A DNA stretch of 64,000 nucleotides from Rhodothermales bacterium (GTDB lineage: Bacteria > Bacteroidota > Rhodothermia > Rhodothermales > VXPQ01). Numbering within the stretch: the stretch's first letter is position 1; every line of letters begins with the position of its first letter. The stretch covers positions 8,483-72,482 of the forward strand of contig OZ244993.1 in NCBI GenBank assembly GCA_965223485.1. Direction: 5' to 3'. Under the pieces are notes generated by a model. That model worked only from the letters and a program-made list of their open reading frames with translations, was not told the DNA's origin and ran no database searches. Made by a program: the position numbers and the translations under genes. This document shows, piece after piece, positions 50,720 to 61,302 of the stretch.

Positions 50720-51841
50720 CTATTCTGCAAAATCCCGGTAGGCTGCCTCCACATCATCAGGCGCCGGATGCCCGGAAAAGAGCATAATCCGATGACGCAA
50801 CGTGGTCGATGCCCCCGGCGCAAGGGCGAAATGCAGGGCTTCCGCCCCTTCGCTGAAAACAGCCTGCCCAAATGGATTGGCAGCAAACAGGCCGTAGTCG
50901 CGCGCATGCCAGTAGGTAGGAAATCCCGGGTTCCGGGGATGATCGAGCACAACGACCGTCACTGGACTATCCAGGATTGTCCCGGAGAGCATCATCCAGT
51001 GCGCACGTTTCCCCCAGACATCAGGATACCCCGCGACTCCTTCGCTGTTGCGGTACTGCCCGGTCACATGTTCGTTGTCCGACGTACTGGTTACCGAACC
51101 GTCGGCAGCAAGCACTTCCACAGGACGATTCGAAGGCATTTCGAGTGCGCGTGTGACCCGTAAACCAAGGGCCCCCTCCTTGTTATCCCCGAAAGACACC
51201 TTCCGGTCCAGCGCCGCCAGCATTGTGATGCGATCAACTACGCGGAGATCGGCTTCGGCGCGAAACACGAAGCGGGTATCCTCACGAAGAAGCGCCGTGC
51301 CGTCCGGAGCAAGCCAGTCCATCGTGACACGGAGTGCGCCGCGTCCCTCACCGCTTTCGACATGCGTGACCGCCCGGTGGCGAATCGTGCCCATCGAAGC
51401 GGCACGCTCGGCGGATACGGCATCCGAGTTGTTCCAGAAATCCAGCCCGTTGATGTCGCCGTAATTGAACCACAGGCCAATATGGTGCGGGTGATCCACT
51501 CGTTCGCCCGCTGCCTTTTCCAGGGGATACCCCCGTGTCACGGCTATGCCGGATGACGTCCGCAACGGATACAGCACCGGCTTTTTAAGCACGGAAAGCG
51601 TGTCTGCATAAAGGTACGCGGTAAATAACTCGCCATCGACCAGCACATCCACGCGCTGCGCCGCCGAGTCCGGCACGACAAGAACCTGCGGGGTATCGAG
51701 GGCCTGCCCAAGCGTGACGCCGGGAAAAACGCCTGCCACCGGAATAGACGCCGCAAGAACGAGCAATCCACCCCACCCGCAAAAGAGCCGTCTGCGTAAA
51801 AATTGTGCGGCGCCCAGGGCAAACACAGCCATAAAACCCAT
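50720..51841 (-). CDS. DUF6807 ('PmoA family') protein
   Basis: KPVLYPLRT..VTRGYP..DHPHHIGLWF..DFW and WHARDYGLFAANPFG motifs. Start codon approximate. Confidence 0.8.
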   Translation of the reverse strand: MGFMAVFALGAAQFLRRRLFCGWGGLLVLAASIPVAGVFPGVTLGQALDTPQVLVVPDSAAQRVDVLVDGELFTAYLYADTLSVLKKPVLYPLRTSSGIAVTRGYPLEKAAGERVDHPHHIGLWFNYGDINGLDFWNNSDAVSAERAASMGTIRHRAVTHVESGEGRGALRVTMDWLAPDGTALLREDTRFVFRAEADLRVVDRITMLAALDRKVSFGDNKEGALGLRVTRALEMPSNRPVEVLAADGSVTSTSDNEHVTGQYRNSEGVAGYPDVWGKRAHWMMLSGTILDSPVTVVVLDHPRNPGFPTYWHARDYGLFAANPFGQAVFSEGAEALHFALAPGASTTLRHRIMLFSGHPAPDDVEAAYRDFAE

Positions 51842-51846
51842 CTCGC

Positions 51847-53232
51847 TCAGCTTACGACGACATCCATTTTCTGCATGTCGAAGGTGATCCGCTTTCCGGT
51901 ATGCAGGGCGGCGATCGTCATGCAGAGCGCCACCGAATGGTTCCAGGCAGCATGAATGTCCGCATTGGGCGTCTCGCGCGAACGCACGCATTCCATCCAG
52001 TTGCGCATATGCGCCATGGTTGCATTGTCGCCGCCCGTGTTTGCCGCCGTGGCTACGCCCCCCACCTCGTCCAGCTTCATTTCGTTGAGCCGGAACGGCT
52101 GCATACCCATGGCGACCGCATGGCGCTCGGTTAGCCCTCCCTCAGGACTCACTGTGTTCGTATCGAGGTTCAGTGTGCCCCCATTGGAATAATAGAGTTC
52201 CCGGACACCGCCGGCCGCGTTCGTCTGCCGGGAAGAATACACCACCTGAAACCCGCTGGTTGGGTCCTCCAGCGGACCATAATCGTAGACAGCGGTCATC
52301 GTGTCGAAATTCTTTCGCCCGTCCTTCCACAGGTAAATGCCGCCGTTGCCGACCACGCTGCGGGGGTACGGCAGGCCGGTAAACCAGTGAACGGTATCGA
52401 TCTGATGCACCATCCATTGATCGGGAATGCCGGAAGAATAAGGCCAGAACAACCGGTATTCGAGATATTTTCGCGGGTCCCACGCCTCGTGCGGGCGATT
52501 CATCAGATAGCGCGTCCAGTCCGTATCCGATTCCTTAATGGACGCCACCAGATCCGGACGCCGCCACCGCCCCGGCTGGTTCACATTCCAGGTCATATGC
52601 GCCGATACGATATCGCCGAACTTCCCGGAGCGGATATACTCGCTGGCAGCCATGTAATTCGAGGCGCTGCGGCGCTGCGTGCCCACTTGCAGAACGCGAT
52701 CCGACGCGGTAATTCTCTTCAGGGCCAGATTGGCGTCCTCCATCGTATTGGCGAACGGCTTTTCGACATATACGTCGCATCCGGCCTCGACGGCTTCGAT
52801 GGCATGAAGCGCATGCTGAAAATCCGCTGTGGAGATAACCACTGCATCGACCATGCCGGAGTCGTACAGTTCTTCGTTGTTGCGCATCGCCTTGACGCCG
52901 TCTCCTCCCTCCAGCCCGGCTTCCGCCCGCTGCGCCTGCACAAATGCCGTCCCCTCTTCACGCCGGCGGTTCCAGATATCGGACACGGCCACGATGTCGA
53001 AATTCATGTCCTTCGCGGAAGCAACCAACGAAGGAATGAGCGAACCGCGCGCCCGATTGGAAAAGCCCACGACGCCGACGCGGACGCGATCGTTCGCGCC
53101 CGGAATGCGCCCGTAACTCTTCGATGTCATACCGCTCGTGAAGATGCCTCCTCCAAGCATACCGCCGGCCGCACCGGCGGTCATGGTTTTGAGAAAGCTC
53201 CTGCGAGACGATGAGGCTTGCTTGTGCGCCAT
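51847..53232 (-). CDS. Gfo/Idh/MocA family oxidoreductase, Tat-exported
   Basis: SRRSFLK Tat signal; DAVVISTADFQHA, DVYVEKP and QVGTQRRS motifs. Confidence 0.92.
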   Translation of the reverse strand: MAHKQASSSRRSFLKTMTAGAAGGMLGGGIFTSGMTSKSYGRIPGANDRVRVGVVGFSNRARGSLIPSLVASAKDMNFDIVAVSDIWNRRREEGTAFVQAQRAEAGLEGGDGVKAMRNNEELYDSGMVDAVVISTADFQHALHAIEAVEAGCDVYVEKPFANTMEDANLALKRITASDRVLQVGTQRRSASNYMAASEYIRSGKFGDIVSAHMTWNVNQPGRWRRPDLVASIKESDTDWTRYLMNRPHEAWDPRKYLEYRLFWPYSSGIPDQWMVHQIDTVHWFTGLPYPRSVVGNGGIYLWKDGRKNFDTMTAVYDYGPLEDPTSGFQVVYSSRQTNAAGGVRELYYSNGGTLNLDTNTVSPEGGLTERHAVAMGMQPFRLNEMKLDEVGGVATAANTGGDNATMAHMRNWMECVRSRETPNADIHAAWNHSVALCMTIAALHTGKRITFDMQKMDVVVS

Positions 53233-53273
53233 GGCGTTTCCGGAAGTGTATGTTCTGTAAGTGCCTGTTGTCG

Positions 53274-54143
53274 TTACGCCGCCATTCCGGCAAGCACTCC
53301 CCGCATGTATGCAAAGGATTGCTTCATGCCCGGTAATGGGTTATCGGCGTTAATCTCGTATTCGAGGTTCACGTAGCCCCGATAGTTCATCTCCGCCAAT
53401 TGCCTGAAAATGTCGGCTACAGGCATGGCGCCTTCTCCCACAATGCACTGGCTGGCCCGGTCGCTCAAATCCCGCAGATCCTTCATATGCATGTCCAACA
53501 GGCGGTCACCTGCTTCAGCGATGGATTCCACAACATCCACGCCGGTTCGGGCCGTATGCCCGACATCGATGCACAAACCCACGCGCGGGTCCATATCCCG
53601 GATCACTTCGAGACCATCTCGCGGTCCGGGGAAATGCGAGTCTTCCGGACCGTGGTTGTGAATAGCCACGCTAATGTCGTATTCCTTGACGAACCGTTCG
53701 ATCCGGGGCATGTTTTTCACGGTCGGAGCAATGACCAGCAAAGGAATGCCGACGGCCTTCGCATATTCGAAAAACATGCGCACATGATCATCGTCGTCGT
53801 CCTGGATAGTATTGTTGCCCCCGCTTACGATCTCGATGCCTGCTCTCGCAAATGCCTGCGCACCCGACGCCAATTCTTCCGGGGAATCCTCATAGGGCAT
53901 GTGAAACGACTTGACGCTGACATGCTCCACATGCAATGCCTGGATTATGGAGATCGCCTCGGTCCGATCGAATCTTCGCAGCGAATAGGTGGCTACGCCG
54001 AGAGTAAAAGGTATGTGTCCATCGGAGTGCTCAACCCTGGAAGGAGAAGCAGCACCGGCGGCATACGGAGCAAATCCGACACCTGTGGATGCGAGGGCGG
54101 CTGTTTTGACGAATCGACGACGGGTCAGATCGCGGAAAGACAT
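53274..54143 (-). CDS. Sugar phosphate isomerase/epimerase (AP_endonuc_2/IolE-like), Tat-exported
   Basis: TRRRFVK Tat signal; AIHNHGPED, CIDVGH, HMKD and NLEYE motifs. Confidence 0.87.
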   Translation of the reverse strand: MSFRDLTRRRFVKTAALASTGVGFAPYAAGAASPSRVEHSDGHIPFTLGVATYSLRRFDRTEAISIIQALHVEHVSVKSFHMPYEDSPEELASGAQAFARAGIEIVSGGNNTIQDDDDDHVRMFFEYAKAVGIPLLVIAPTVKNMPRIERFVKEYDISVAIHNHGPEDSHFPGPRDGLEVIRDMDPRVGLCIDVGHTARTGVDVVESIAEAGDRLLDMHMKDLRDLSDRASQCIVGEGAMPVADIFRQLAEMNYRGYVNLEYEINADNPLPGMKQSFAYMRGVLAGMAA

Positions 54144-54395
54144 GGCAGGTATCTGTACTCGTTAAAAAAACGGACCGGTCCGCACAGGAGCACGGCTGCA
54201 AAATGAACTTGCCCTGTACAACACTTTTCTACCGGAGGCCTTATGGCCGGATCCCCGACTGCGAAAAATACCGGACGGAGATAGATATCGAATAGTAGCC
54301 GCCAGACTTTCTCGCCGGGTTGACATGAGGAGATCGTCTTGCGGGCCGGCCGTTTCGGGGGGGTCTTTGTATTTTAGGCGTTTTTATATAGTCTA

Positions 54396-55096
54396 TTGAT
54401 TTTACGGCTCGGCGGCGCGCGCATCCGGAGCGCCGCGACGGGTGTCGACGCGGACCTCTCCCATGCGGCGGTCGGTCCGCTGTCCGGCCACAAGGTCGAC
54501 GCCGCAACGGCGCAATCGCCGGCGGGCTCCGGGGTCACGATCATCGACGGCGGCGGCAATCCGCTCGAGGTGCAGGCGAACGGGAAGTACCGGCTGTTGA
54601 TTCGCGAGAGCACCCGGGGTCGTTACGGGCTCAAGCTGAACACCCGGCCGACGCACACGGTCCACCTGCGCGGGATCCAGTCCGACGGCGACGAGGACCT
54701 GCGCGTCTTGCCGACCCACACGGTGCTGCCGGTCGCGCCGGACGAGTGGGAGACGCCGATCTGGATGGAAATCCGGGCGGCGCCCGACGACGACGACGCG
54801 GACGGCGAGCGCATCTTCCTGAACCGCGTGCACAGCAGGGACCCGGCCTACAACGACCTCACCCTTCCCGATGTCCTCGTGGTCGAGCAGGACGACGACG
54901 CGGGGTCGCTGTCGGTGGCCGACGCGGAGGCGACCGACAGCGAGGACGCGACGCTCGACGGACCGCCGGAAGAAGACGGACCGCCGGCAGGCATACCGTG
55001 CGGTTCGACGCCGAGGGACTCCCCACGGGAACGTACGCCTGCGTACTGACTGCGGGGTCGGTCGCCATTACCCGGGTAATGGTTCTCGTCCGGTAG
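54396..55096 (+). pseudogene. Fragment of a GC-rich adhesin (Calx-beta-like start) joined out of frame to a T9SS C-terminal sorting domain
   Basis: No signal peptide. LSVADAEATDSEDATLD is a truncated Calx-beta-like start. An alternative frame ends GRHTVRFDAEGLPTGTYACVLTAGSVAITRVMVLVR*. GC content is visibly higher than the flanks. Confidence 0.6.
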
Positions 55097-55145
55097 CGGG
55101 ACCGTCGACTCTGGCGGGCCGCAAACAAGAATTTCCCCGTACGCT

Positions 55146-55946
55146 CTAAAAACGGAATACGGCGAGAAACTGGGGAATGACCTCGTCGGCGTCCTCGAAG
55201 CCGAACTTGTTGATCCAGATATGCAGTTCGCTTCCTGCGAAAAAGCGTTCGGGGCTTCCGGTGAGCGCCTTGCCGACATCAAGGCGTAACTGAGGCTGCA
55301 TCAGGATCCAGTACGGCGCATGGCCGACCTCGGTGTTCCGGCTGCTTTGCCACTCGGCATGTCCTTCCAGCGAGAATGCGCCGCTACCGATGTTGAACGG
55401 CAATGCCCAGTTGAAATCGATGAGGTGGCTGTTGTCGCTTTGCGGTGCGCCGCCCTCGGCCAGTCCTGCGCTGCGATCCACGAAATACAGATAGTCGAGG
55501 TTTGCGAAGGCGAATCCCGGCAGGTCCAGTTGCAGTCGGAACCCGGGCGTGATCTTCAGCACCTTGCCCTGCGCCCCCCAGTTTATTCCTCCCAGCGGAC
55601 CTGCGCCCCGGACGGGGCCCCATGCGATCTCCTTCCCGGTGATTGCCCCGACGCTCAGGAACGGATACCATTCCATATAGATATCCCGGTTGGCGGCTCC
55701 GGCGCCCTCGCAGCACGCCATGTCCACAAAGAAGAAATTCTCTCCAAGGCTCCAGCCGCTTGCGTGCTGGAATGTGATCAGGTGCTGGGTTCCGGTGGGA
55801 CTCACGGCGTGATCCTTTAGTGCCGAGCCCGCCTGGTATTGCACTTCCGTTACGCTCCACCCCTGGGCGCCGGCGTTGCCGCTGGTAAAGAGCGGACAAG
55901 CCGCAATAAGGAGGAGGGTCGCGAGGAAGCGGGAGAATCTGTGCAT
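55146..55946 (-). CDS. Tsx-like / DUF5020 outer-membrane channel
   Basis: Signal peptide; TFQHASGWSLGENFFFVD, QPQLRLDVG and GSELHIWINKFG motifs; C-terminal Phe. Confidence 0.75.
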   Translation of the reverse strand: MHRFSRFLATLLLIAACPLFTSGNAGAQGWSVTEVQYQAGSALKDHAVSPTGTQHLITFQHASGWSLGENFFFVDMACCEGAGAANRDIYMEWYPFLSVGAITGKEIAWGPVRGAGPLGGINWGAQGKVLKITPGFRLQLDLPGFAFANLDYLYFVDRSAGLAEGGAPQSDNSHLIDFNWALPFNIGSGAFSLEGHAEWQSSRNTEVGHAPYWILMQPQLRLDVGKALTGSPERFFAGSELHIWINKFGFEDADEVIPQFLAVFRF

Positions 55947-56210
55947 GGAATGGGCAGGTTTTTTGCTGGGTTTTTCTTGCTGAGGGCAAGATGAAACAGG
56001 CCGAAAGATACTATACGCAGCGTCTTCTGTCGGTGTAGATATTTGTGAAAATATCACGTTTGCCGGGGTTGCATACCATGCTGTCGAAAGGAAATCGCGA
56101 TGTCGGCGGGGCCGGTGCTTCCGCAGGAAGATACTCCGGGATGCGAGCCGGAACGATACTCCCGGTCGTAACTATGCGGTTCGAATCATCCGGGGGACGA
56201 CAAACTCCTG

Positions 56211-57788
56211 TCAGGGGGCATCTTCCCGAATCCACTTCATAAAGGATACGGCGAGAATAACCAGAATCGCCATCAACGGGATGGATACCAGAATCGAAGA
56301 CGCCTTCAGTGCGTCTATGCTCTCCTGCCCTCCTGCAAACATCAACGCAAGGGATACGCACCCGAGTACGACGGCCCAGAAAATGCGATGCCACCGGGCC
56401 GGCTCGACGACCCCTCCCTGCTCTCTTGTAGCCACCGCGGCAAGTACATAGGCCGCGGAGTCCAGGGTTGTCGCCCCGAAAATGAAAGCCAGCGCAACAA
56501 AAAGCGCCACGAGAGGCGCAGCAACCGGGAGCACCCGCCCCCCTACTGCGGCAATGGTTGCTATGATCGCCTCGGGCGCCTGACCGATAGCCACCATCTC
56601 CGTCAGGTTTTGCGATCCTTCCAGATCGAAAAACAGGCTGGTGTTGCCAAGCACGCCAAAAACGACCCAGCACCCGAGAGAGCCGGCGAATATCTCACCC
56701 AGGATCACTTCGCGGATGGTGCGTCCCCTCGATATGCGGGCTACGAAGAGACCCATGAACGGTGCATACGCCACCCACCAGGCCCAGTAAAAAATGGTCC
56801 AGGTTTCGGAAAAGGTTGCGCCGGACGCCACGGGGGCCACACCTGACACCGCTATCGCACTGCCGGCCTTGGCGACCGCATCGGCATAGAAGCTCATTTT
56901 GATGAAATTCTGAAATATCAGCCCGACGCTATGGGTGAAGGAATCGATAATGAACATCGTCGGGCCAAACACGAACACAAATACCATCAGCGCAGTGACC
57001 AGCCAGACGTTGATGTCGCTCAGGATCTTGATGCCCTTTTTCAACCCGGAATAAACACTGAATCCGAACAGAGCGCTCCAGATCACTATGACGAAGGCAT
57101 CAAGCAGGAAGGTGCGCTCGAGGCCGAACAGGTCTGCAATACCTGCGGAAATGAGGGGCGTGCTGAGCCCTATAGAAGTCCCGACCCCGCCGAGCATGCC
57201 CAAAATGAACACGATGTCGATGATCTTTCCCGGCAGGCCGGCAGCCGCCCGGGCGCCGATCGCGCCTTCGCACGCCGTCGAAAGACGCAGGACAGACCGC
57301 CCCCGGTTCCAATACAGGTAACCGAGAGGAAGCACCGGCACACAATAAATCGCCCAGGCCAGTGGCCCCCAGTGGAACATGCCATATGCGGCGGCCCACT
57401 CTATGGCTTCTTTGGACCGGGGTTCAATATCGAACGGAGGCGCCGTATAGTAATAGGCCCATTCGATCGTGCCCCAATAGATGACACTGGCGCCGATGCC
57501 GGCGCAAAACAGCATGGCGGACCAGCTGAATAGCGAAAACTCCGGCGGGCTATCGGGGCCGCCGAATCGAACACGGCCGTATTTCCCCAGAGCAACGTAG
57601 AGCAGAAAACCGAAGACGACCACAAAAAACCACAGATGAATCCATCCAAGGGTTCGGGTCATCCAGTTCATGGCGTTGCCCAGCACAGCAGCGCCGCCGG
57701 ACGGAAACATAACCAGCGGGGTAATAAGGCAAAGGACCCCGCCGAAGGTAACCCAGAAAATGACCTTTTCTATCTTTGGTCCTTGCAC
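56211..57788 (-). CDS. BCCT family (betaine/carnitine/choline) transporter
   Basis: PEFSLFSWSAMLFCAGIG, FHWGPLAWAIY and WTIFYWAWWVAYAPFMGLFVARISRGRTIRE motifs. Confidence 0.95.
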   Translation of the reverse strand: MQGPKIEKVIFWVTFGGVLCLITPLVMFPSGGAAVLGNAMNWMTRTLGWIHLWFFVVVFGFLLYVALGKYGRVRFGGPDSPPEFSLFSWSAMLFCAGIGASVIYWGTIEWAYYYTAPPFDIEPRSKEAIEWAAAYGMFHWGPLAWAIYCVPVLPLGYLYWNRGRSVLRLSTACEGAIGARAAAGLPGKIIDIVFILGMLGGVGTSIGLSTPLISAGIADLFGLERTFLLDAFVIVIWSALFGFSVYSGLKKGIKILSDINVWLVTALMVFVFVFGPTMFIIDSFTHSVGLIFQNFIKMSFYADAVAKAGSAIAVSGVAPVASGATFSETWTIFYWAWWVAYAPFMGLFVARISRGRTIREVILGEIFAGSLGCWVVFGVLGNTSLFFDLEGSQNLTEMVAIGQAPEAIIATIAAVGGRVLPVAAPLVALFVALAFIFGATTLDSAAYVLAAVATREQGGVVEPARWHRIFWAVVLGCVSLALMFAGGQESIDALKASSILVSIPLMAILVILAVSFMKWIREDAP

Positions 57789-57840
57789 AAGGGTATCCCT
57801 TCTTTCCTTGCCATACTATTGGAATCGAAGACAAATCCGG

Positions 57841-60525
57841 TCACTCAGCCGATTCCCCGCCGAGCGCAATCGCATTAGACAATATACGGAATGCCCCCGG
57901 GACCCCGTATGGCGTTTGGCGATGAAGCGCCAGCGAAAGGTAGCTGTAGTACCCTTCACCCACCTCTGCGGCCAGCCATATGCCCTGCTGTGGCTCCTGC
58001 CCGGTATCCTGTGTTTCCACCAGCGGCGTATAGGCAGCATCCCACTCCGTGAAAAACTTGGAGCCGCGCTGTTCGATCCAGTGGTCGAAATCAGCCTCGG
58101 AAATCGCGTTGGGCGCGGTCAACAGAGGGTGATCCGGCACAAGGATGCGGACGGGAGAATCCTGTTCGGAGACTTCCTGCGCCCCCCGGGGCAATTCAGC
58201 AGGATACGGCGCCATGTCGTTCGGCACGAATTCCTGTGTCTGATACAGGACAACAAGGTTGCCCCCCGCCGCAGCGTAGTCCAGCAGGCGCCGGTTATTC
58301 TCCACAAGGTCCTGTCGCACGGCGTACGCGCGCGTCCCTACAACGATCGTATCGAAGTGATCCAGGGAACCACTCGCCAGATCCGCCTCGCCAAGCAGTT
58401 GCACCGAGGCGCCGAGGGTTTCAATCGCGGCGGGGACCTCGTCGCCCACGCCCATTACGTAGCCCACCTGCATCCCGTCCAGCCGGGCGACCGGCACGGA
58501 CAGAATGGTGGTTTCCGCCGGCATCCGGAGACGGCCAAGCGGCAGATCCCGGTGCTCGATGACCTGGTAGCCATTCCGATATTGCCGGCGTTCCTCTCCC
58601 TCCCCGGATTCGGCCATAGCCCGGATCGTTGCTTCACCGGACCAGTCCGCGGGGGGGTGCGCCATGAAACGCGCCTCGATGACCTCGCCCCGGTTCCGGA
58701 ACGCATGCTGCATAGCAGCCGGATCGCTCGTCCAGCCCTCGGGGAGTTCAATGGTAATGTCCGCAACGACTGAATCCGAAATGGCCTCGACGCGCACGAG
58801 CACCGGGATCGCCTCCGCGGCGCCGGCGTCTACCATCGGAAGGACACGTACACGCGGACTGATCGAAACGGATACATCGGGGAGAATTTCCACGCGGCGG
58901 GCAAGAAAACCGTACGGCAAGCGGGATACGTAGCCGGTGACAGGCATCGTCCGCACTATCTCCACCTCGTCCACCTGTAGAAGCACCTGCACAGACAAGG
59001 CCATGGGACGCCAGGGCAAATGGAACGCCGAAGAAGGCCCCGAAATCCGGTACATATTTTCGGTGGGACTGCTGCGCTCGAAATACGGGCCGTCGAAGAG
59101 GGGCTCGCCCGATCCTACTTCAATCATGAGCTCCACCTCGTTCCCGGCCCCTCCGTCCGACCGGGCCAACTTGGCGACACCCTCCATATTGCGCTCGAGG
59201 ACCAGCACTTCGCCCACCGCGATACGATCGGGCAGTTCACTTGCAACAGCGACCGTGATAGCGGCTTCCTGATTCCTCACCAGAGCAGCACCCAATGCCT
59301 GGTCAGTCAGTTCGGCCCGTATTCGCACGCCCGCCGCGGCCATGATTGCATCTTCGAATTGCCGCGCCTTCACAGACAACTGAAAGGTCGTTTCCGGCAT
59401 ATCCTTCGCGGCGTCGATCGTGGTGTGCACCAGACGTAAACCGCGCACGAGTTCGGAAACCACCTGCTCCGGCGCCCGAAAATCGAAATCCTGCATCACC
59501 TCGTCGACCAGGGTCTGAAGTTCGGCAAGGGACGAAGCGACCTCGGGAGACGCCTCCTCCCCTACAAGCGCCGGCAAACCAGGCAAACTCGTATCCATGT
59601 CCGCAAAAAATGTATCGGATACACGGTTCTCCGCACCGGCGGGCAATTCGCCGAGCCGTTCGTAGCGGTACGTACGGGCTCCCCCTCTCCGGAACCGCCC
59701 CGACGTCTGGGAACGCTGGAGGCTCAGGCCATAGCGTGCGTACTCTCCGTACGAGACGCCGAGGAGAGGGCTATATGCAGCGGCGTCCAGAACCACATGG
59801 TGCGGCTCGTCTTCAGCGGCCCCGCCCCGGAAGAGCAGCGGAACGGACCAGGGACGGAGCCCTTCCTCCGAAATCTGCTCCGGGAAGCGGTTGGGGTCGG
59901 CGGCGGCAGCTACCGCTTCAGGCGTAAGAACGCCCGAAGCCTGGTGGTGTCCATGCCCGTCCCGCCGTGAACCATGGAACCGGGAAACCACGGCAATGGG
60001 ACGATTCAGGCGAATAACCCGCACCATGTCCGCCAGCACGACTTTGGGGTCCCAACTGCGGAGCGCTTCGTCCAGCGTCTTGGAATACCCGTAATCGACG
60101 GCGCGGGTAAAGTATAAATCGTCCAGACCGTAATACCGCCCCGCCAGCACCAGTTCCCGCGTACGTATCAATCCCAGTGCATCGAACAGCTCCGAGCCGA
60201 TGGCGTTGGCGCCTGCTTCGCCTCTGTTCAGGTTCAACTGAGACGTGCGTGCGCCCCATCCCCGGGAAGACAATGCGTGCATGCCCGAATGTTCGTCATC
60301 GGGGTGAGCCAGCACATGCAGCAAAGAAGCCGTCGTGCCCAGCTTATTGATGCGGTGCCAGGCCCCTGGCGCCCCTTGATCGGACGGCAAAATCTCGCCC
60401 GAAATGGGAGAGGGAAACGCCAGCACGCGATCAGGAGACGACTGGCCCGCAGCGGGAGGGGCCGTCAGCATGAGCACACAGACGGTAAAAAGAGAAACGA
60501 GGCGAAGTTCGGAGAAGAAGCGCAT
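57841..60525 (-). CDS. Secreted PIG-L/LmbE family deacetylase with NEW3-like and GATase-like C-terminal domains
   Basis: AHPDDE, RGEAGAN..LGLIRTREL, DYGYSK and HGHH motifs. Likely start is MRFFSEL with a signal peptide. Confidence 0.87.
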   Translation of the reverse strand: MRFFSELRLVSLFTVCVLMLTAPPAAGQSSPDRVLAFPSPISGEILPSDQGAPGAWHRINKLGTTASLLHVLAHPDDEHSGMHALSSRGWGARTSQLNLNRGEAGANAIGSELFDALGLIRTRELVLAGRYYGLDDLYFTRAVDYGYSKTLDEALRSWDPKVVLADMVRVIRLNRPIAVVSRFHGSRRDGHGHHQASGVLTPEAVAAAADPNRFPEQISEEGLRPWSVPLLFRGGAAEDEPHHVVLDAAAYSPLLGVSYGEYARYGLSLQRSQTSGRFRRGGARTYRYERLGELPAGAENRVSDTFFADMDTSLPGLPALVGEEASPEVASSLAELQTLVDEVMQDFDFRAPEQVVSELVRGLRLVHTTIDAAKDMPETTFQLSVKARQFEDAIMAAAGVRIRAELTDQALGAALVRNQEAAITVAVASELPDRIAVGEVLVLERNMEGVAKLARSDGGAGNEVELMIEVGSGEPLFDGPYFERSSPTENMYRISGPSSAFHLPWRPMALSVQVLLQVDEVEIVRTMPVTGYVSRLPYGFLARRVEILPDVSVSISPRVRVLPMVDAGAAEAIPVLVRVEAISDSVVADITIELPEGWTSDPAAMQHAFRNRGEVIEARFMAHPPADWSGEATIRAMAESGEGEERRQYRNGYQVIEHRDLPLGRLRMPAETTILSVPVARLDGMQVGYVMGVGDEVPAAIETLGASVQLLGEADLASGSLDHFDTIVVGTRAYAVRQDLVENNRRLLDYAAAGGNLVVLYQTQEFVPNDMAPYPAELPRGAQEVSEQDSPVRILVPDHPLLTAPNAISEADFDHWIEQRGSKFFTEWDAAYTPLVETQDTGQEPQQGIWLAAEVGEGYYSYLSLALHRQTPYGVPGAFRILSNAIALGGESAE

Positions 60526-60750
60526 GAGAAATTGGGATGGAATTGCAGGAAGAGGGAGTATCTTCCTGCAAGTAATCAAAAAACGGCGTGAGGCGCAAGA
60601 AAAATGAGGCCGTTGAGGCAATGGCGCCGCCTGTATACGCGGCAGCACCGTTGATCGTTCGTTGCCCTGCCCGTATCTTGCACATACGCCATCCCACCTG
60701 AAAACAACACTGCATATACCAGTATATACCAGCGAGTCTTCGACGCATCC

Positions 60751-61287
60751 ATGACCGATCACGCCTCCCGCTCCCGATTCCTCACGCTACGATTCGGCGC
60801 GCTTTGCGCGTTTGTCCTCGCGGCGGCGCTGATGCGTCTGCTCCCTCATCCTCCGAACGTCGCTCCCATAGGCGCCATGGCGCTGTTTGGGGGCGCACTC
60901 TTCGCCAGAAAGGGGATCGCCCTTGCCATGGTCTTCACCGCCATGCTGCTCAGTGACATTCTCCTGGGCTTTGAGCCGGCGCCCATCGTGTATTTCGCCT
61001 TCGCAGGCGTGATCGGCATCGGGTTCCTGTTGCGCAAAAAACGCAACCTGTTACGGATTGCGGGAGCCTCCGTAGCCGGATCCGTACTGTTCTTCGTCGT
61101 AACGAATTTCAGCGTCTGGGCGACCGGCGTGCTATACCCGCAAACGATCGAGGGGCTCGTGACATGCTTCGTGGCCGCAATCCCTTTCTTTCACAACACC
61201 CTCCTTGGCGACGCCTTCTTCACGGCAGTGCTCTTTGGCGGATTCGCCTTTGCGGAGCAGAGATTTCCTGCGTTGCGCCTGGGGTGA
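60751..61287 (+). CDS. DUF6580 putative transport membrane protein
   Basis: RLLPHPPNVAPIGAMALFGG, FFVVTNF..W and CFVAAIPFF..TLLGD motifs. Confidence 0.8.
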   Translation: MTDHASRSRFLTLRFGALCAFVLAAALMRLLPHPPNVAPIGAMALFGGALFARKGIALAMVFTAMLLSDILLGFEPAPIVYFAFAGVIGIGFLLRKKRNLLRIAGASVAGSVLFFVVTNFSVWATGVLYPQTIEGLVTCFVAAIPFFHNTLLGDAFFTAVLFGGFAFAEQRFPALRLG

Positions 61288-61302
61288 ACCCCCTTCCCCC
61301 TT

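Noticed and set aside
50720-51841. Methane monooxygenase subunit (PmoA label)
   Set aside because: DUF6807 is a soluble protein family found in sugar-catabolic contexts. There is no pmoBC and no polytopic membrane topology.
60530-60750. Cobalamin riboswitch upstream of DUF6580
   Set aside because: No recognisable B12-box or conserved core motifs were found by eye. An Infernal search would settle it.
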